38,706 bases of DNA, taken from positions 1 to 38,706 of the forward strand of contig CAXUUL010000066.1 of assembly GCA_964255285.1 (NCBI GenBank). The letters run 5' to 3'. The notes under the pieces are model-generated. The model did no database searches. It was not told the DNA's origin and saw nothing but the letters and a program-made list of their open reading frames with translations. Positions 1 to 11,995 of the stretch are shown here, one piece after another. Source of the stretch: Ionaspis alba (taxonomy: Eukaryota). The position numbers and the translations under genes are program-made. Numbering within the stretch: position 1 is the stretch's first letter; each line of letters opens with the position of its first letter.

Positions 1-23
1 TCCGAGAGTGAGCTTCCTTCAAA

Positions 24-2071
24 ATGCCTCTCAGCCGACATCGGGGGCCTTCCCTCTCAAGCAATAGTACGAAAGCTTTCCTTATTATATACTATCTCCG
101 TCACTTCGGCAGCATTGCTGATCAAATATAGAGTCGGTCGACGAAGGTAGCCCCACCCCTGGCAATGGCGACGATGAGACAGGTGAAAGTTCCTTTCCTA
201 CAAGCTCGAAAACGGGCACTAACATTCTGTTAGTGGTGGAACCAGAGCAGGGAAACGGTATGTACAGGCTATAACAGCTCTCAGGAGAATTGGGGGAAAC
301 ACTGACAGTTCATGACCACCGGCAGTCCTCTCCCACATCATCTCTCAACTCCGGCCTGGTGCCGACTTGAGCAGAGTGGTCCTCCCTACCTTCATCCTAG
401 AGCCACGGTCTATGCTGGAAAGGATCACAAAGTCTGTTGGTCTCTATCATAGAAGCTCTTGCTGCAGCTAATAATGCTCCTTGTAGCTTCATGGCACATC
501 CAGAAACTCTGTTGCCTATGCCAGAGATTGACGATCCAGTACAACGCTTTGTGTCGGTAGTGAAGTTCTATCTTAGTGGCTGGCATATCAAACCTCCGTG
601 AGCCTTTCCAGCCCAGGCCGCGTGTGAGAGAAAATTAAGCCACTAGCTAATCATCCGTCAGAGGGGTCAAAAAGCCACTGAATCCACTACTCGGCGAAAC
701 ATTCACTTGCTACTGGGATTATCCGGACGGTACAAGAGGATATTATATCGCTGAACAAACATCACATCATCCCCCCAAATCGAGCTATTTCTACATGGCT
801 CCAGAACACAACATTCGAATCGATGGCTGCCTGAAGCCACGGAGCAAATTCCTGGGCAACTCTGCTGCCAGTATGATGGAGGGAATAGCAATTCTACGAT
901 TTATGAACAGAGGCAAGCGCCGGATGGGAGAAGAGTAGTGCGTGATTTTCTATCACGAATGGAGACTTCATTATGGCTGCTGATGCTTGGATTTGTGGTT
1001 TAGTATACTCACGCAACCGAACATGTATGCTCGAGGCATCCTGTTTGGCAAAATGAAGTATGAGCTCGGAGATCATAGCTACGTTCGATGTCCGGAGAAC
1101 CATCTCTCGGCGGACATCGAGTTCAAGACCAAAGGCTACTTTGGTGGAACATATAATGCGATTGGTGGCACCATAAAGAATGACGAAACAGGAGAAGTGT
1201 TATACGAGCTTGAGGGGATGTGGAGCGGCAAGATGAGCATGAAGAACGTTGCGGTACGGTGTTGTCCTACTTTGGAGACACAAAACGGCTGACAATAATC
1301 CAGACTGGAAAGAAGGAGTTGCTCTTTGACGCAACAGCAGCGAAACCATCTCCACCTTTAGTTCGGCCATTAGAGGAGCAAGATGAGCGGGAGTCGCAGA
1401 AACTATGGTACAAGACAGTGCTTGCATTGAAAGACCGGAATCATGATGCCGCTACAGACGAGAAGACTAGAATAGAGGACATGCAAAGAGAGGAAGCTGC
1501 CCAGCGACACGAGAAAGGACTTGAATGGCAACCAAAACTGTTCCGAAGAGTGAGGGGTGGACCTGGCGGGCCGGAAGAGGGAGAAGAGGATCTTGACTGG
1601 ATCCTGAACGCCGACATGTAAGTACAGCCAATTCGTAATATAGCCGTTACTGATTTTAGTAGTGATGGTGCCACACCCGAAGCTAAAGCAAAGCAAATCC
1701 TCGCAATCACTCCAATATTGCCGGCCAGACTTTCACAAAAGCAAGCCGGCAATGCGCCACAACAACGGCAGCAACAACAGCAGAAATCAACACAGCTACA
1801 GCCTCAACAGCAGCAACCTCAAGAGTCTTCGCGGCAGCTATCACCAGCTCGAGCTCAACCTCAAGCTTCTCCAGCACCTCATCAAAGCAACGATCTCATC
1901 GACCTCGGTGAAGACGGCGCGATCCCAGCAACGCCCAAACGGCCAACTACACAGAACCACGAGATGCCGCACGGATTACAAGAACCTTTACAGCCTCAAG
2001 TGGCCCTAAAGGTCACGCGTCAAGACAGTAACACGAGCGAGGTGGATGAATTCGTGGATGCCCAGTCATAA
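24..2071 (+). CDS. Oxysterol-binding protein, Osh6/Osh7-like; 9 exons
   Basis: Hand-spliced exons 24-66, 132-182, 234-257, 326-431, 487-597, 662-937, 1004-1253, 1304-1617 and 1663(or 1660)-2071, all joined by GT-AG introns. The product has [40 protein letters not shown] and EQTSHHPP (the OSBP signature), plus a Q-rich C-terminal tail. Confidence 0.93.
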
Positions 2072-2426
2072 TCAACGATAGAAGGATGCTCCTACCAGAT
2101 TCTTGGTGCTTCTTAGACTTGTGCACCCTCAGGATGTCGAGGCACTATTACGGTGGGCAGGGCAAAGTGAAGAGCAAGGATGGATCCGCATCACTGATGA
2201 TAAAGACCACTTCATTTTCTCTTCAGATGATACCCAGAGCATCGTACTGAAGGGACTTTTTTTCCAAAAACAAAAAAAAGCTTTTTGTGCATAATCCTTA
2301 TGCACAAGCTGTGGTTTTCCTAACAGATAGACGTTCCCGTCCCTAAGAAAAACAATCATCGCCAGACGCCAACCTTCCGGGTATCTTTGTCCACCTCAAC
2401 CATCACCCCCTATCACTCCCCGAAAG

Positions 2427-3914
2427 CTAGTAAAGCTCACCCCTAACGCCTCTTCCTCTTTCCTTCTCCCTCCGATAGCCCTCCCCTTCCTCCTTCTCTT
2501 CCTTAATCGCCCGATCAACTTCCTCTCTAACAGCACCCAAATCCGGCGGAATATGCATCATCTGCACACTCGGCGAGCCCTCCACATAGCGTAGCTGTTC
2601 CCTGATTCCCATCACCAGACTTTCCACATACGCCTTCCCATTCCTGTTATCGTACTTCTTGAACAGCTCGCTCAGCGGCGGGAACAGCGTCTTATCCGGC
2701 GCAAAGTGATTTAGGAAAGGCGTATGCGCCGGCAAAACATCGTGCACCTCGGCGCCAATACACAGCGACGTCTCGTACGCCCAGAGCCGGGCCACGTTTC
2801 GTGGAGTGTAGCCGCCACCGCCGAGTATCAGTGTGGGTAGGTTGAACGATTTTACAAACGCAAGGCAGGCTCCATGCGCTTTGATGTTCAGGTTGAAACA
2901 TCCCAATCGATCTCCACCCAGCGAGTCGGCCCCGCATTGCAACACAATGGCAGTGGGCTGGTAGACGGAGACGCAGGGACCAACGATGTCTTTGAAGAGC
3001 TGCACATACATGGCATCTTCGATGCCGTCGTGCAGCGGAACATTGAGAGAGTGATGCGCGCCCGCATTCTTAGAATTCGATGGCCCCGTCGAGTCCAGCC
3101 CTCCAGTACCGGGGAAGAAGTTCAAAGGATCGTATTTGTGAAACGAAAGCGTCATGACTCTATCCGTCGACCAAAACGCCTGCTCCACGCCATCACCATG
3201 ATGGACATCGATATCAATATATAACACCCGTGGATGGTGCAGTAGCAGCTGCAGGATGCAGAGCACGATATCATTGATATAACAAAAGCCCGAGGCTTCG
3301 GATTTTTTGGCATGGTGAAGCCCACCGGACCAGTTGATGGCGATTTGCGATTGGTGAGAGGTCAGTTTGCGGGCTGCGTCTAGGGAGGCGCCGGTGTAGA
3401 GAGTGGCGTATTGGTAGAGGCCGTCGAAGATGGGGCAGTCTTCGCCGATGTTGAAGGGTTCGCCGCCGAGGGGGGTACCGTCGGGATTGGTTTTGAAGGG
3501 GGAGGCTCTACGTTGGAGGCAATATGTTAGCGGATTGAAGATATATTTGGTGGTGGGGAGGGAGGGTTGTGGGGAGATGTACTTTTGTAGGAAATCAACG
3601 TAGTCGTCGGTGTGGAAGTCGAGGAGTTCCTGGTTGGTGGCGGAGCGCGAGAGATACATGTCCATGGCATCTTGCATGCCGTAGGCGAGAACGATCTTAT
3701 TGGTAAGGGTCAGCCGCCATGGCTTCATGGGATGGTGGTTGCCGAAATGTTGCTTTTCGACTTCTGGATTTCCGTGGTAGGATACGGTGTAGCCTTTTGG
3801 TCGTTCGATGCCATTTTCTATGATCGCCACTTGAACCTTTTCGTCGAGGGTGAAGGTTGATGTGGACCCGGCTTGCGGGTGGTTGTAGTCTTGGACAATG
3901 GTTGTCCTGGCCAT
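2427..3914 (-). CDS. hos2: Class I histone deacetylase, Hos2/HosA-like
   Basis: Start MARTTIVQDY at 3914. Motifs HPMKPWRL, GEDCPIFDG, GGLHHAKKSEASGFCYIND, DIDVHHGDG, QCGADSL and GGGGY are intact. One 75-nt intron at 3582-3508 (GTACAT...GCTAAC...TAG). HPMKPW is typical of the Hos2 subgroup rather than Rpd3. Confidence 0.93.
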   Translation of the reverse strand: MARTTIVQDYNHPQAGSTSTFTLDEKVQVAIIENGIERPKGYTVSYHGNPEVEKQHFGNHHPMKPWRLTLTNKIVLAYGMQDAMDMYLSRSATNQELLDFHTDDYVDFLQKYISPQPSLPTTKYIFNPLTYCLQRRASPFKTNPDGTPLGGEPFNIGEDCPIFDGLYQYATLYTGASLDAARKLTSHQSQIAINWSGGLHHAKKSEASGFCYINDIVLCILQLLLHHPRVLYIDIDVHHGDGVEQAFWSTDRVMTLSFHKYDPLNFFPGTGGLDSTGPSNSKNAGAHHSLNVPLHDGIEDAMYVQLFKDIVGPCVSVYQPTAIVLQCGADSLGGDRLGCFNLNIKAHGACLAFVKSFNLPTLILGGGGYTPRNVARLWAYETSLCIGAEVHDVLPAHTPFLNHFAPDKTLFPPLSELFKKYDNRNGKAYVESLVMGIREQLRYVEGSPSVQMMHIPPDLGAVREEVDRAIKEEKEEGEGYRREKERGRGVRGELY

Positions 3915-4357
3915 GTTAACAGTCTTGAGCAGGGTGTGGAGGATATGACGAGTATAGAATTTCACTCTTGTATGAACTGCCAGGCATTTTCACAGTCAAG
4001 AGGTATTTGAGATGGGTGATGATAAATGTAACTTCATTGGAGGGTTCGAGATCGATATTGGAGATCTGCCGCTTATGCAGGAGAGGATAAGCTTCCGGTA
4101 CATAAATGCACAACTTACGGGCGCCTTTCCAGATTCGCTCCCCTGGGCAACCTTAAATGTGACATCCCGGAGCCACCCAAGACCGCCTTTCGGATGCCTG
4201 CTGGCTGCGGATCTTCGTGTGACTAGGGACAACTTCACCGCCTGAAGACTATGGCTGCCACAGTCTTCAGGGTCATGTGCAAGCTGAACAACAGATATCG
4301 CCCACGCTGGTTTCTTCTGGAGAAGCATTTGAAAGTTCCTGAACAACAACTGGAAGC

Positions 4358-5777
4358 ATGCCGCACTCTCCTTCTGCTGCCCATGATCCATGGGGCTACT
4401 TGATCAAACCGGACAAAACACCCACGCCTGTGCTTGAGCAGCTGCTACTCGGGATCGCGCACTATATCGTAAGATGATCCTGTTCTGCTTTACTCTGAGA
4501 CTCTTATTGATGTGGATTGTGTATCACAGAGTAAGAATGTTGCTCCTTGGGATATTCGATACCTCTCACCGACAAAACTGGCCACCTTCTACCGACTTGT
4601 TGGGGGCAACTACGATATCCTCTTCCTCAATACTCCACACCCTTCGCTCGCATTCATCTACAGATCGCTGGGCTGTTTTTACTCATTGCAGCCAAGTAAT
4701 GATCCCTTTGAGTCACCTTCGACGCCGGCATTGACTCCACAAGGATTCGTGAGATGGCAGACCGTTCAGATACTCCTTGGTCCGGAAGAGCATGTGCCCT
4801 TCTTGCAAGAGGCCGTGAAGCGGTTTGAGATCAAGAGTCCAAGTGATGGCCGGCTTTTTCCTCGGAGCTTACCCTGTGCGGCATTGCCAAGACGAGCTGA
4901 TCCGGAAATGACACAGTGGCATGAAGCCGTATCAGACAGACTTCGAATAGCTGCAGAAGCAGAGAACGGGCGACGTTCCTCCACCAGGGCAGATGATGTA
5001 GAAAGTCTTACAGACTCATCGGTTGACAGTCAGTCAGTGGTGGATGCAGCAGATTACTTCCAGCCTCGATCATCCGCGAGACCCTACCACTCTGCTGCAA
5101 ATATCAAACCGGTGTCCCCTACTGCCCGCCGACCCTCAAATTGGTATGATGGAAAGAGTCCTTCGTTTCGCGATCAGCGGCGCCGGAGCTTGCCTGATCA
5201 AGATCCTATCTGGCCCCGCGACGGTTTAACACCAACAGAGAACTCTTATCGACAAGCACATAGTCGATCTCGCCCAAGAGCACCAAGTGTATTGTCTGTC
5301 ACCTCCGGATCAGAGATAACGGATGATTCGTCATTCACTGCCAGCGAAGGTTCGCCCAGCCCAGAACCAGTGCGGCGACGCCACCGTGAGCCCATGTACC
5401 ATAATACCGAAAACCATGGACGTCGGCACTCAGCTCATGTCCCATTTGACGTTCGAGATTATGTGCCTCAACCACGATCGAAACATGGACACACTTTATC
5501 TCCTCAATTCTACGCCTCTCAGAACATCATACCAGGACCTCAAGGCCATTCAGCTTCACTACCGATCAATGGTAATGGTAACCGTAACAATCACCGCAGT
5601 AGCACACCGAATGGAAGGAGTCCGCAGTGGCGAGGTGCAAGAGGATCGTTCGACTTACCTAATGGGCAGACAACGCCTCGCGAGAGGCCGGCGTTTAGAT
5701 TCGCTGATGAAGAAAGGAATTATTTCGAAGACAGTCGAAAGAGACAGCCCATGGAACCAATTGGTGAGAGGAGATGA
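4358..5777 (+). CDS. Conserved fungal hypothetical protein (DUF7514-like N-terminal domain, disordered S/R/P-rich C-terminus)
   Basis: Exon 4358-4468 (MPHSPSAAHDPWGYLIKPDKTPTPVLEQLLLGIAHYI), intron 4469-4529 (GTAAGA...CAG), exon 4530-5777 in frame with the 421-aa ORF. The pattern WGYL...LEQLLLGIA...LGC...PALTPQGFVRWQT resembles the DUF7514 family as I recall it. Confidence 0.8.
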
Positions 5778-6485
5778 TATATTGAATATACGACAGCGTC
5801 CAATTTTATACAGATGTGGCTGCAAAGCGCTTTTCCTTTGGATGATACCCTTCTCAATCTATTTGCCACGTCTGTATTGCTATTTTCGCGCTTTTATAGC
5901 TGGCGGCAAAGCAGTTAGGTACTGCTATCAAGCTGAGAACAGCCGTGTTTTTATACCGCTTTGCAACTCATTGGGCTGACTCCCCTTCACGAAACTCAAC
6001 AAGCAGGTGACTATAGTGCTCAGTTGTTCTGAGGTCACTCGGCTCCATGAATGTCCATACCCTCCCTCTTGAAGTCGTAGAATTCCTCGGACCATTATCG
6101 CTCCATTAACCGGTCTAGCTCCCCAAGGCCCCTTTGAAAGCAAGCACGTGACGTGGCTGAATAATCTTTAGCCTTCCCTGTAATCAACCATAATTCATTC
6201 ATCAACATCCACGATTTTTCTAAACAACCACATCTGCATTTCCGACTCATTCTCCTATACGAAGTTGAGAAGAGGGTTTGCTCATACTCTCTGTCGCCTG
6301 GTTTCTCATCTGAGCGACTGAACATTTTCCTGTACCACAAACTAAGGTTTATTGTCGTGTCACGAATTTTGGCTACCTTGACCCCAGATTGCGACCGTAG
6401 AATACGGGCAAAGAGCACTTGATCAGTCAGCCAAGAAACAAACACACCTTCACATTCACTCCATTAGCCCACCATAATAGCAAAT

Positions 6486-7972
6486 ATGGCTCTCGTCGAA
6501 GATGCAGCTTCAGTTCTCGATCAGTTCATTCAAGATGGTAAATACCTCTCTCGTAGTGTCCCCTAAAGTGAATCTCACTAACACGAATCTCAGTCGCAAA
6601 TCTCCCCGCTGAAATAGCGCATCTTCTGGAAGAGATCGAGGCTAAAGATCGAGTCATTCAAGAGTGTCGCAACGTAATCCATTTACGTGACACCAGCATC
6701 CAGAAGTTCTTGAAGCAGAACGGCGCTGGGCAGGCAAACCCTAAAGAGGATGCATATGCCAAGACTATCCTTGCGAATTTCGAAAAGGCTCGTGGGATCC
6801 AGGAGGAAAAGGTTGGGCTGAGTGAGAAAGCCGGTGTTCTTGTGAGTATGGCTTACTGCTTGAGCATGTCTTCGGTTTCGTGGTTTTGTTCGTAAGCACA
6901 TGATTCCTTCTCAGGGATCACGTGCTGATATTTCCCCTTCGTTCTATCCATATTTTATCTTTCATATCACTTTTCTTAAGAAACCAGTCTATGAAGATCT
7001 CTCGCAAATACCGAAATACGTTCACTAACACCATCTCAGCTGGACCGGCAAATCCGCCGCCTAGACCGCTCCCTCCTAACCCTCCAAAACGAAGGCACCA
7101 TCCCACCAGACCCCCTCCTTCCCTCTCTCCTGCACCCAACACCCGCCAACCGTGCCCCACCCCTCTCCGTCACCACGACCGGAACCACCACCCCGCTCAA
7201 CCCTATCTCCCACAACTCCACGACCGCGACAGCCCATCCCCAACCCTCGACCACCCTCGCCAACTCCGCCATCTCTCGACTAATCCAACCTCACCATAAT
7301 CACGCTCCTGCCCCTCGGCGCGCCTCTCCCGCAAATCTCCCAGCGACCACCGCCCCTTCGCCAGCACCACACCCGCACATTCCACCACGCTCATCCTCCT
7401 CCGACGCCCACAAGCGCCGGCGTCTCAACCTCCCAGCTGCAAGCTCTTCTCTCCGACAATCCTCTCTTGGACCTGGTACGCCGAAAGCAGGTACACCCAC
7501 CGTACGAGCTGGAAGTGCTGGCCCGCGAAACGTACTCAAGAAACCACTCAAAGCAGGCGTCGCTCCAGGTCGCGTTGGGCAGCTTCAACCAAACGCAGCT
7601 CGAAAAGCGGGTTCCGTGCGGCGCAAAGGCGGACGCCGCGGTCTCAAAGCCCAAAGCGATACAGGCGAGGAGTCCGTGGGCAGCGAAATCGAAGCTTCGG
7701 ATGCGGAAAACGCCAATTCTGCGCGTGGCGCCAACGGGGAGGGTGAGGGCGTGGATGCGGATGCGGATGGCGATGTGGAGATGGGAGAGGAGGGCGAGGG
7801 CGAGGACGAGAGGAAGTATTGTACGTGTCGGAGTGTGAGCTATGGGAATATGGTGGCTTGTGATAACGATGAGTGTCCTTATGAGTGGTTCCATTGGAGT
7901 TGTGTTGGGATGACGAGGGAGCCGGCGGGGAAGTGGTTTTGTGCGGAGTGTAGGGTTACTTTGGGATTGTGA
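6486..7972 (+). CDS. yng2: ING-family PHD finger chromatin protein (Yng2/ING3-like)
   Basis: Exons ~6486-6537, ~6593-6841 and 7040-7972. N-terminal ING domain ([28 protein letters not shown]), open P/T-rich linker, and C-terminal [48 protein letters not shown]. Confidence 0.9.
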
Positions 7973-8352
7973 GGAAGGGGAAGGGTTTTGGTGAAGGATT
8001 TTGGGGGAAGGCGGGGGACCGGAGACAGGAGATGACCTCCATAGTCTTACAAGGCAGATATCTTCGAATCTATGTCATGAATCGGATATGTCATTACTGC
8101 CAGCGGTCCCTGTAAGCTCTAATTAAATGGGCCGAGGCATTCATCCCCTGTAGTAAAGACCGACAAATCCTCCATATTCCGTCTCGAAACTCCTGCCAAT
8201 GCTGTGCCTGTGTGGCCTGGTTGTGGATTTTAAAAAAGCGAATGCTGGAGAATCCAGAACTGAAGACCTCCCAAACTCCATTACTATGATTAGCCGACTG
8301 GCGGTGTGGGGTTCAAATAGTGAGTGTAATGTTCAAATACAATAGTTTCGAC

Positions 8353-9040
8353 CTAATTCTCGATGTCCTTGGGAGTGACAGCGGGCTTGCGGCGCCAGAG
8401 GCAGATGCTACAGATAGTGGAAAAGGCGAATAGGATGCTGTGGCGCATATATCAGAACACTTCCACTTGGTGATTGACGAGAGTCGACTTACCAGAGAGC
8501 GATGCTTAATCCCCAGATAGCCTTCATCTCCAAGCAGGTCGTCTTGGTAGCACCGATCCAATAGTTGTAGTTGAGCTTTCCTCCGTTCTTGTCCAGGCTG
8601 CTTGCAAGCGATGTCGTAAAGTCGTAGGCTGAGCCAAGGGCGTCCGTCGAGCCAATGACCTGGCAGTCCAGGTAAGACAGAGGCTTGCCGACGGTGACGG
8701 CCACGACGATGACTGCGATCAGGAAGGCGCAGTCCAAGCCGGTGTTGATGAGGAAGGGGAGGATGTTGTCGACGAAGAGGATGAGGGTGATGGCGCAGTA
8801 CATGACGGCGATACAGACCTAGGTTAGGAAGTGTCAATATACTTTCAATACGGATACAGGCCAACTGTCACTTACGACACTGAGAGTCCCGATGAGTACA
8901 TCGGGTGGTGTCTGGTTGCTCGAGACCATTTCCGAGATGAAATTGGCCGTCATGCCAATAATGGCTATCATCGATATCGCTTGCAGTATCCGTACAATCT
9001 TGAAGGTCGCTCCCAAAGCGCCGTAATTAGGTCCAGCCAT
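8353..9040 (-). CDS. Four-transmembrane membrane protein, MARVEL-like; 3 exons
   Basis: MAGPNYGALGATFKIVRILQAISMIAIIGMTANFISEMV..., intron, VCIAVMYCAITLILF...KAIWGLSIALC, intron, ILFAFSTICSICLWRRKPAVTPKDIEN*. Four hydrophobic segments and a MARVEL-style R-x-x-Q in the first helix. Confidence 0.82.
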
Positions 9041-9979
9041 GATGGAGGAATGCAGGAGAGATAAAGAAAGGAGAAGAAGAGAATGTGGTGCGAGTGTGTC
9101 GCAAGTGGGTGCTCAGAACAGCCCTAGAAAATGAAAAGGCCCGATCTGAGTCGAGTAGAGAGGGTTGAAAGAATGTCTCAAGGAAATAGACAGAGAAAGA
9201 CTTGCAAAAGAGATATACTCAAGGAAATGTGCTGTCGAAGAGAGTAGTTGATGTGGTGTGAGGAGTACGTTCTTGCAGGTACCATCGACCTGTCTTATAT
9301 ATTGGGCATCAAGAACATTGTCGCTACATGCCTGTGAGACATGTACCCAAGAATATACAAAGTTGAAATCTGGGTTTCATGCTATTTGCAAAACGTGCGG
9401 TCTCGCCCAATGGAACCCCTGAGCCAAAGATGAGGCTCTTCGGCTCGTCCCGCAGGAGGGCGCTTGCAGAGACCGGCGGTTGAAGACATCCATTCGAATT
9501 GCTCAGGCACGTTCTTGGTATTGTATAAGAAACAGCAGTAAGTTACATAATGCGAGAGCATGCTATATCAATAGAGCAACGGGTTGAGGAAGCTGAAGGC
9601 ATGACTCTTGCGGAGCTTTGCGGAACTTTGGATGCTCTTCCGCGAAGTGTCAAGTTTAGCCACAGAAGGTCGCGTCGCGACTGAGCAGGACGAGAACATG
9701 GCTAATCCTTGAATGAAACTCTCATTCAACACCATGTTAAGCTATTTACGTTCAGCTGAAGATGGACGGGCGATTCTAAGTCGCATGTGTGCTGGTCGAG
9801 CAAGATGTGCCGAGCATAACAAATCCCCGTCGACCGGGAGGGGTCTGCCGAGAGCGGAACCAGATCCGCACCCCACTACCAAGCTCACTGTAGATGAGCT
9901 TCGAAGATAACAAATTTTGTATCCATTGTAGACCATACTTCTGCTATAACGTTGCTTGAGTGGCGGCACTCGCTCCAAT

Positions 9980-11879
9980 ATGCTACCACCGTTCGACTAC
10001 TTCGAGCACCGGCGTGCCTGGTAGGTGCAATCCATAACCCCGTCGACCTAGGATCGACTAATAACTCTCAATAGTCAGCGCAAGCAAGTCGAACGGACAA
10101 CCAGAATAGCAAGTCTTCCTTCAGCATATCTCAGTCCGGTATCCTCACAAGACCGTGAGATTCTCGCAAAGCCAATTGAAAACCTCGTCCAGGATGTGCA
10201 CAAAGATGTTATTAAACCAATTGATATCCTCAGGACTTATGGCAAGATTGCAATCAAGGCTCATGAGAAGACAAACTGCCTCACAGAGGTCATGCTTCCC
10301 GAGGCGGAGAGCTGGGCAGAAGACGAGATCAACCTGAAAGGTCCGCTAGCTGGGATACCGGTGTCCTTGAAAGATTCGATTGCGGTAGGAGGGTTTGATG
10401 TCAGTGTTGGGTATTCGCGAAATACTGGAAAGCCGTATGCACAAGACGGAACCTTGGTCCGGATCTTGAAGGATGCAGGTACTAAGCCTGGGACATGCTC
10501 GGGTTTTCTGCATGCTAAGTCTCTTTAGGTGCTGTTCCTTTCGTAAAGACGGCCCTTCCGATCACGCTTCTCTCCTTCGAATCCACTAACGATGTCTGGG
10601 GCCGGTGCACCAACCCTCATAACACGAAATACTCACCAGGCGGCTCAACAGGAGGCGAAGGTGCACTCCTTGCCTATGGAGGTGGCAGAATCGGGATAGG
10701 GTCTGATGTCGCTGGATCGGTACGGGCACCAGCACACTTCAGTGGCATATACTCTTTGCGATGCTCCACAGGTCGATGGCCGAAGATGGGTATGAACACC
10801 AGTATGCCGGGTCAAGAAGGTATCCCTAGCGTCTTCAGTCCTATGGCAAGAACGCTAGGCGATCTTGTGTATTTTTCGAAGAGCATGATTGGGATGAAGC
10901 CATGGAAATATGATCATAGTGTTCATCCGATTGAGTGGAGAGGGGATCAAGAGCGTGAGATGAAAGAGAAGAAGACCTTCCGAGTGGGAGTTATGTGGAC
11001 CGATGGTATACCTGTGTTACCTCATTGTCGACAAAATGCTGATTGTGGGTAGGTGTTGTTGATCCAGCGCCAGCCTGCGCTCGTGCACTCGAGCAAACTG
11101 TATCAGCTCTTCGAGCAGAAGGACATGAAGTAATCGGCGTCACTCCTCCATCACCGTACGAAGCCCTCGTAATAGCATCCACCCTCCTCAACTCAGATGG
11201 CTGCAAAACCTTCCGCTCTTTTTTTCGAACCGGTGAATGGAGTGACAGAGGTGCCGCCCAAATGAACTTCTATATGAAGATTCCCCGTCCGATCAAGTAT
11301 CTGTACTATTTGTGGGTCAAGTATGTCCGCCGAGACGACGTGTGGGCTGGCCTGCTCCGAAACTGGCATCAGAAAAGCGCGTTCGAGCAATGGAAGTGGG
11401 TAGCGAAGAGAGAAACGTATAAAGCTAAATGGCATGGCTGGTGGGAGAATGAGGCAAAGATTGATTTCTTGCTAACTCCGCCCAACGCCACTCCTGCCGT
11501 TCCCCACGATGGGATGAGAGATGCTGTCAGTAGTTGTGGATATACGTTCATGTTCAACCTGGTAGGTGTATATCCATCTTTTACCATAAGTCATCTTGCT
11601 GAACAGCCATAGCTTGACTATACCTGCGGCATCATCCCTGTAACCCATGTTGACAAGGACCTGGATCAGCTTCCCTCATCCATCAACTTGAACAAGCTCA
11701 ACGGTGTCGCGAAAGGCGCGTACAAACACTACAACGCAACGGAAATGCACGGTCTTCCAGTTGCCGTGCAGGTAGTGGGTCAACGACTCCAGGAAGAAAA
11801 GGTCCTGACCATTATGACACGCGTTGAAGAGGCGCTCGACAAACACGGAGGTCGATATTCGTTGCTGGACATCGATTGA
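9980..11879 (+). CDS. Amidase signature family enzyme (acetamidase/FAAH-like); 5 exons
   Basis: Introns 10021-10074, 10479-10528, 11006-11052 and 11562-11612. Motifs GPLAGIPVSLKD (catalytic Lys), PGGSTGGEGALL, GIGSDVAGSVRAPAHFSG and GLPVAVQVVG. Confidence 0.92.
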
Positions 11880-11995
11880 ACACTTCGTTTCCAAGGATGG
11901 CAAGCTTTTCCATCGGTATCAGCCTCTCAGACGAACAGGCACTCACAACACTCTGTCACCGCGACGAGCGCAGCGCTCCTCCGTCGCCATCTTCC

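Noticed and set aside
2427..7972. HDAC and ING chromatin genes close together as a possible functional cluster
   Set aside because: They belong to different complexes and are separated by an unrelated gene; proximity is expected in a compact genome.
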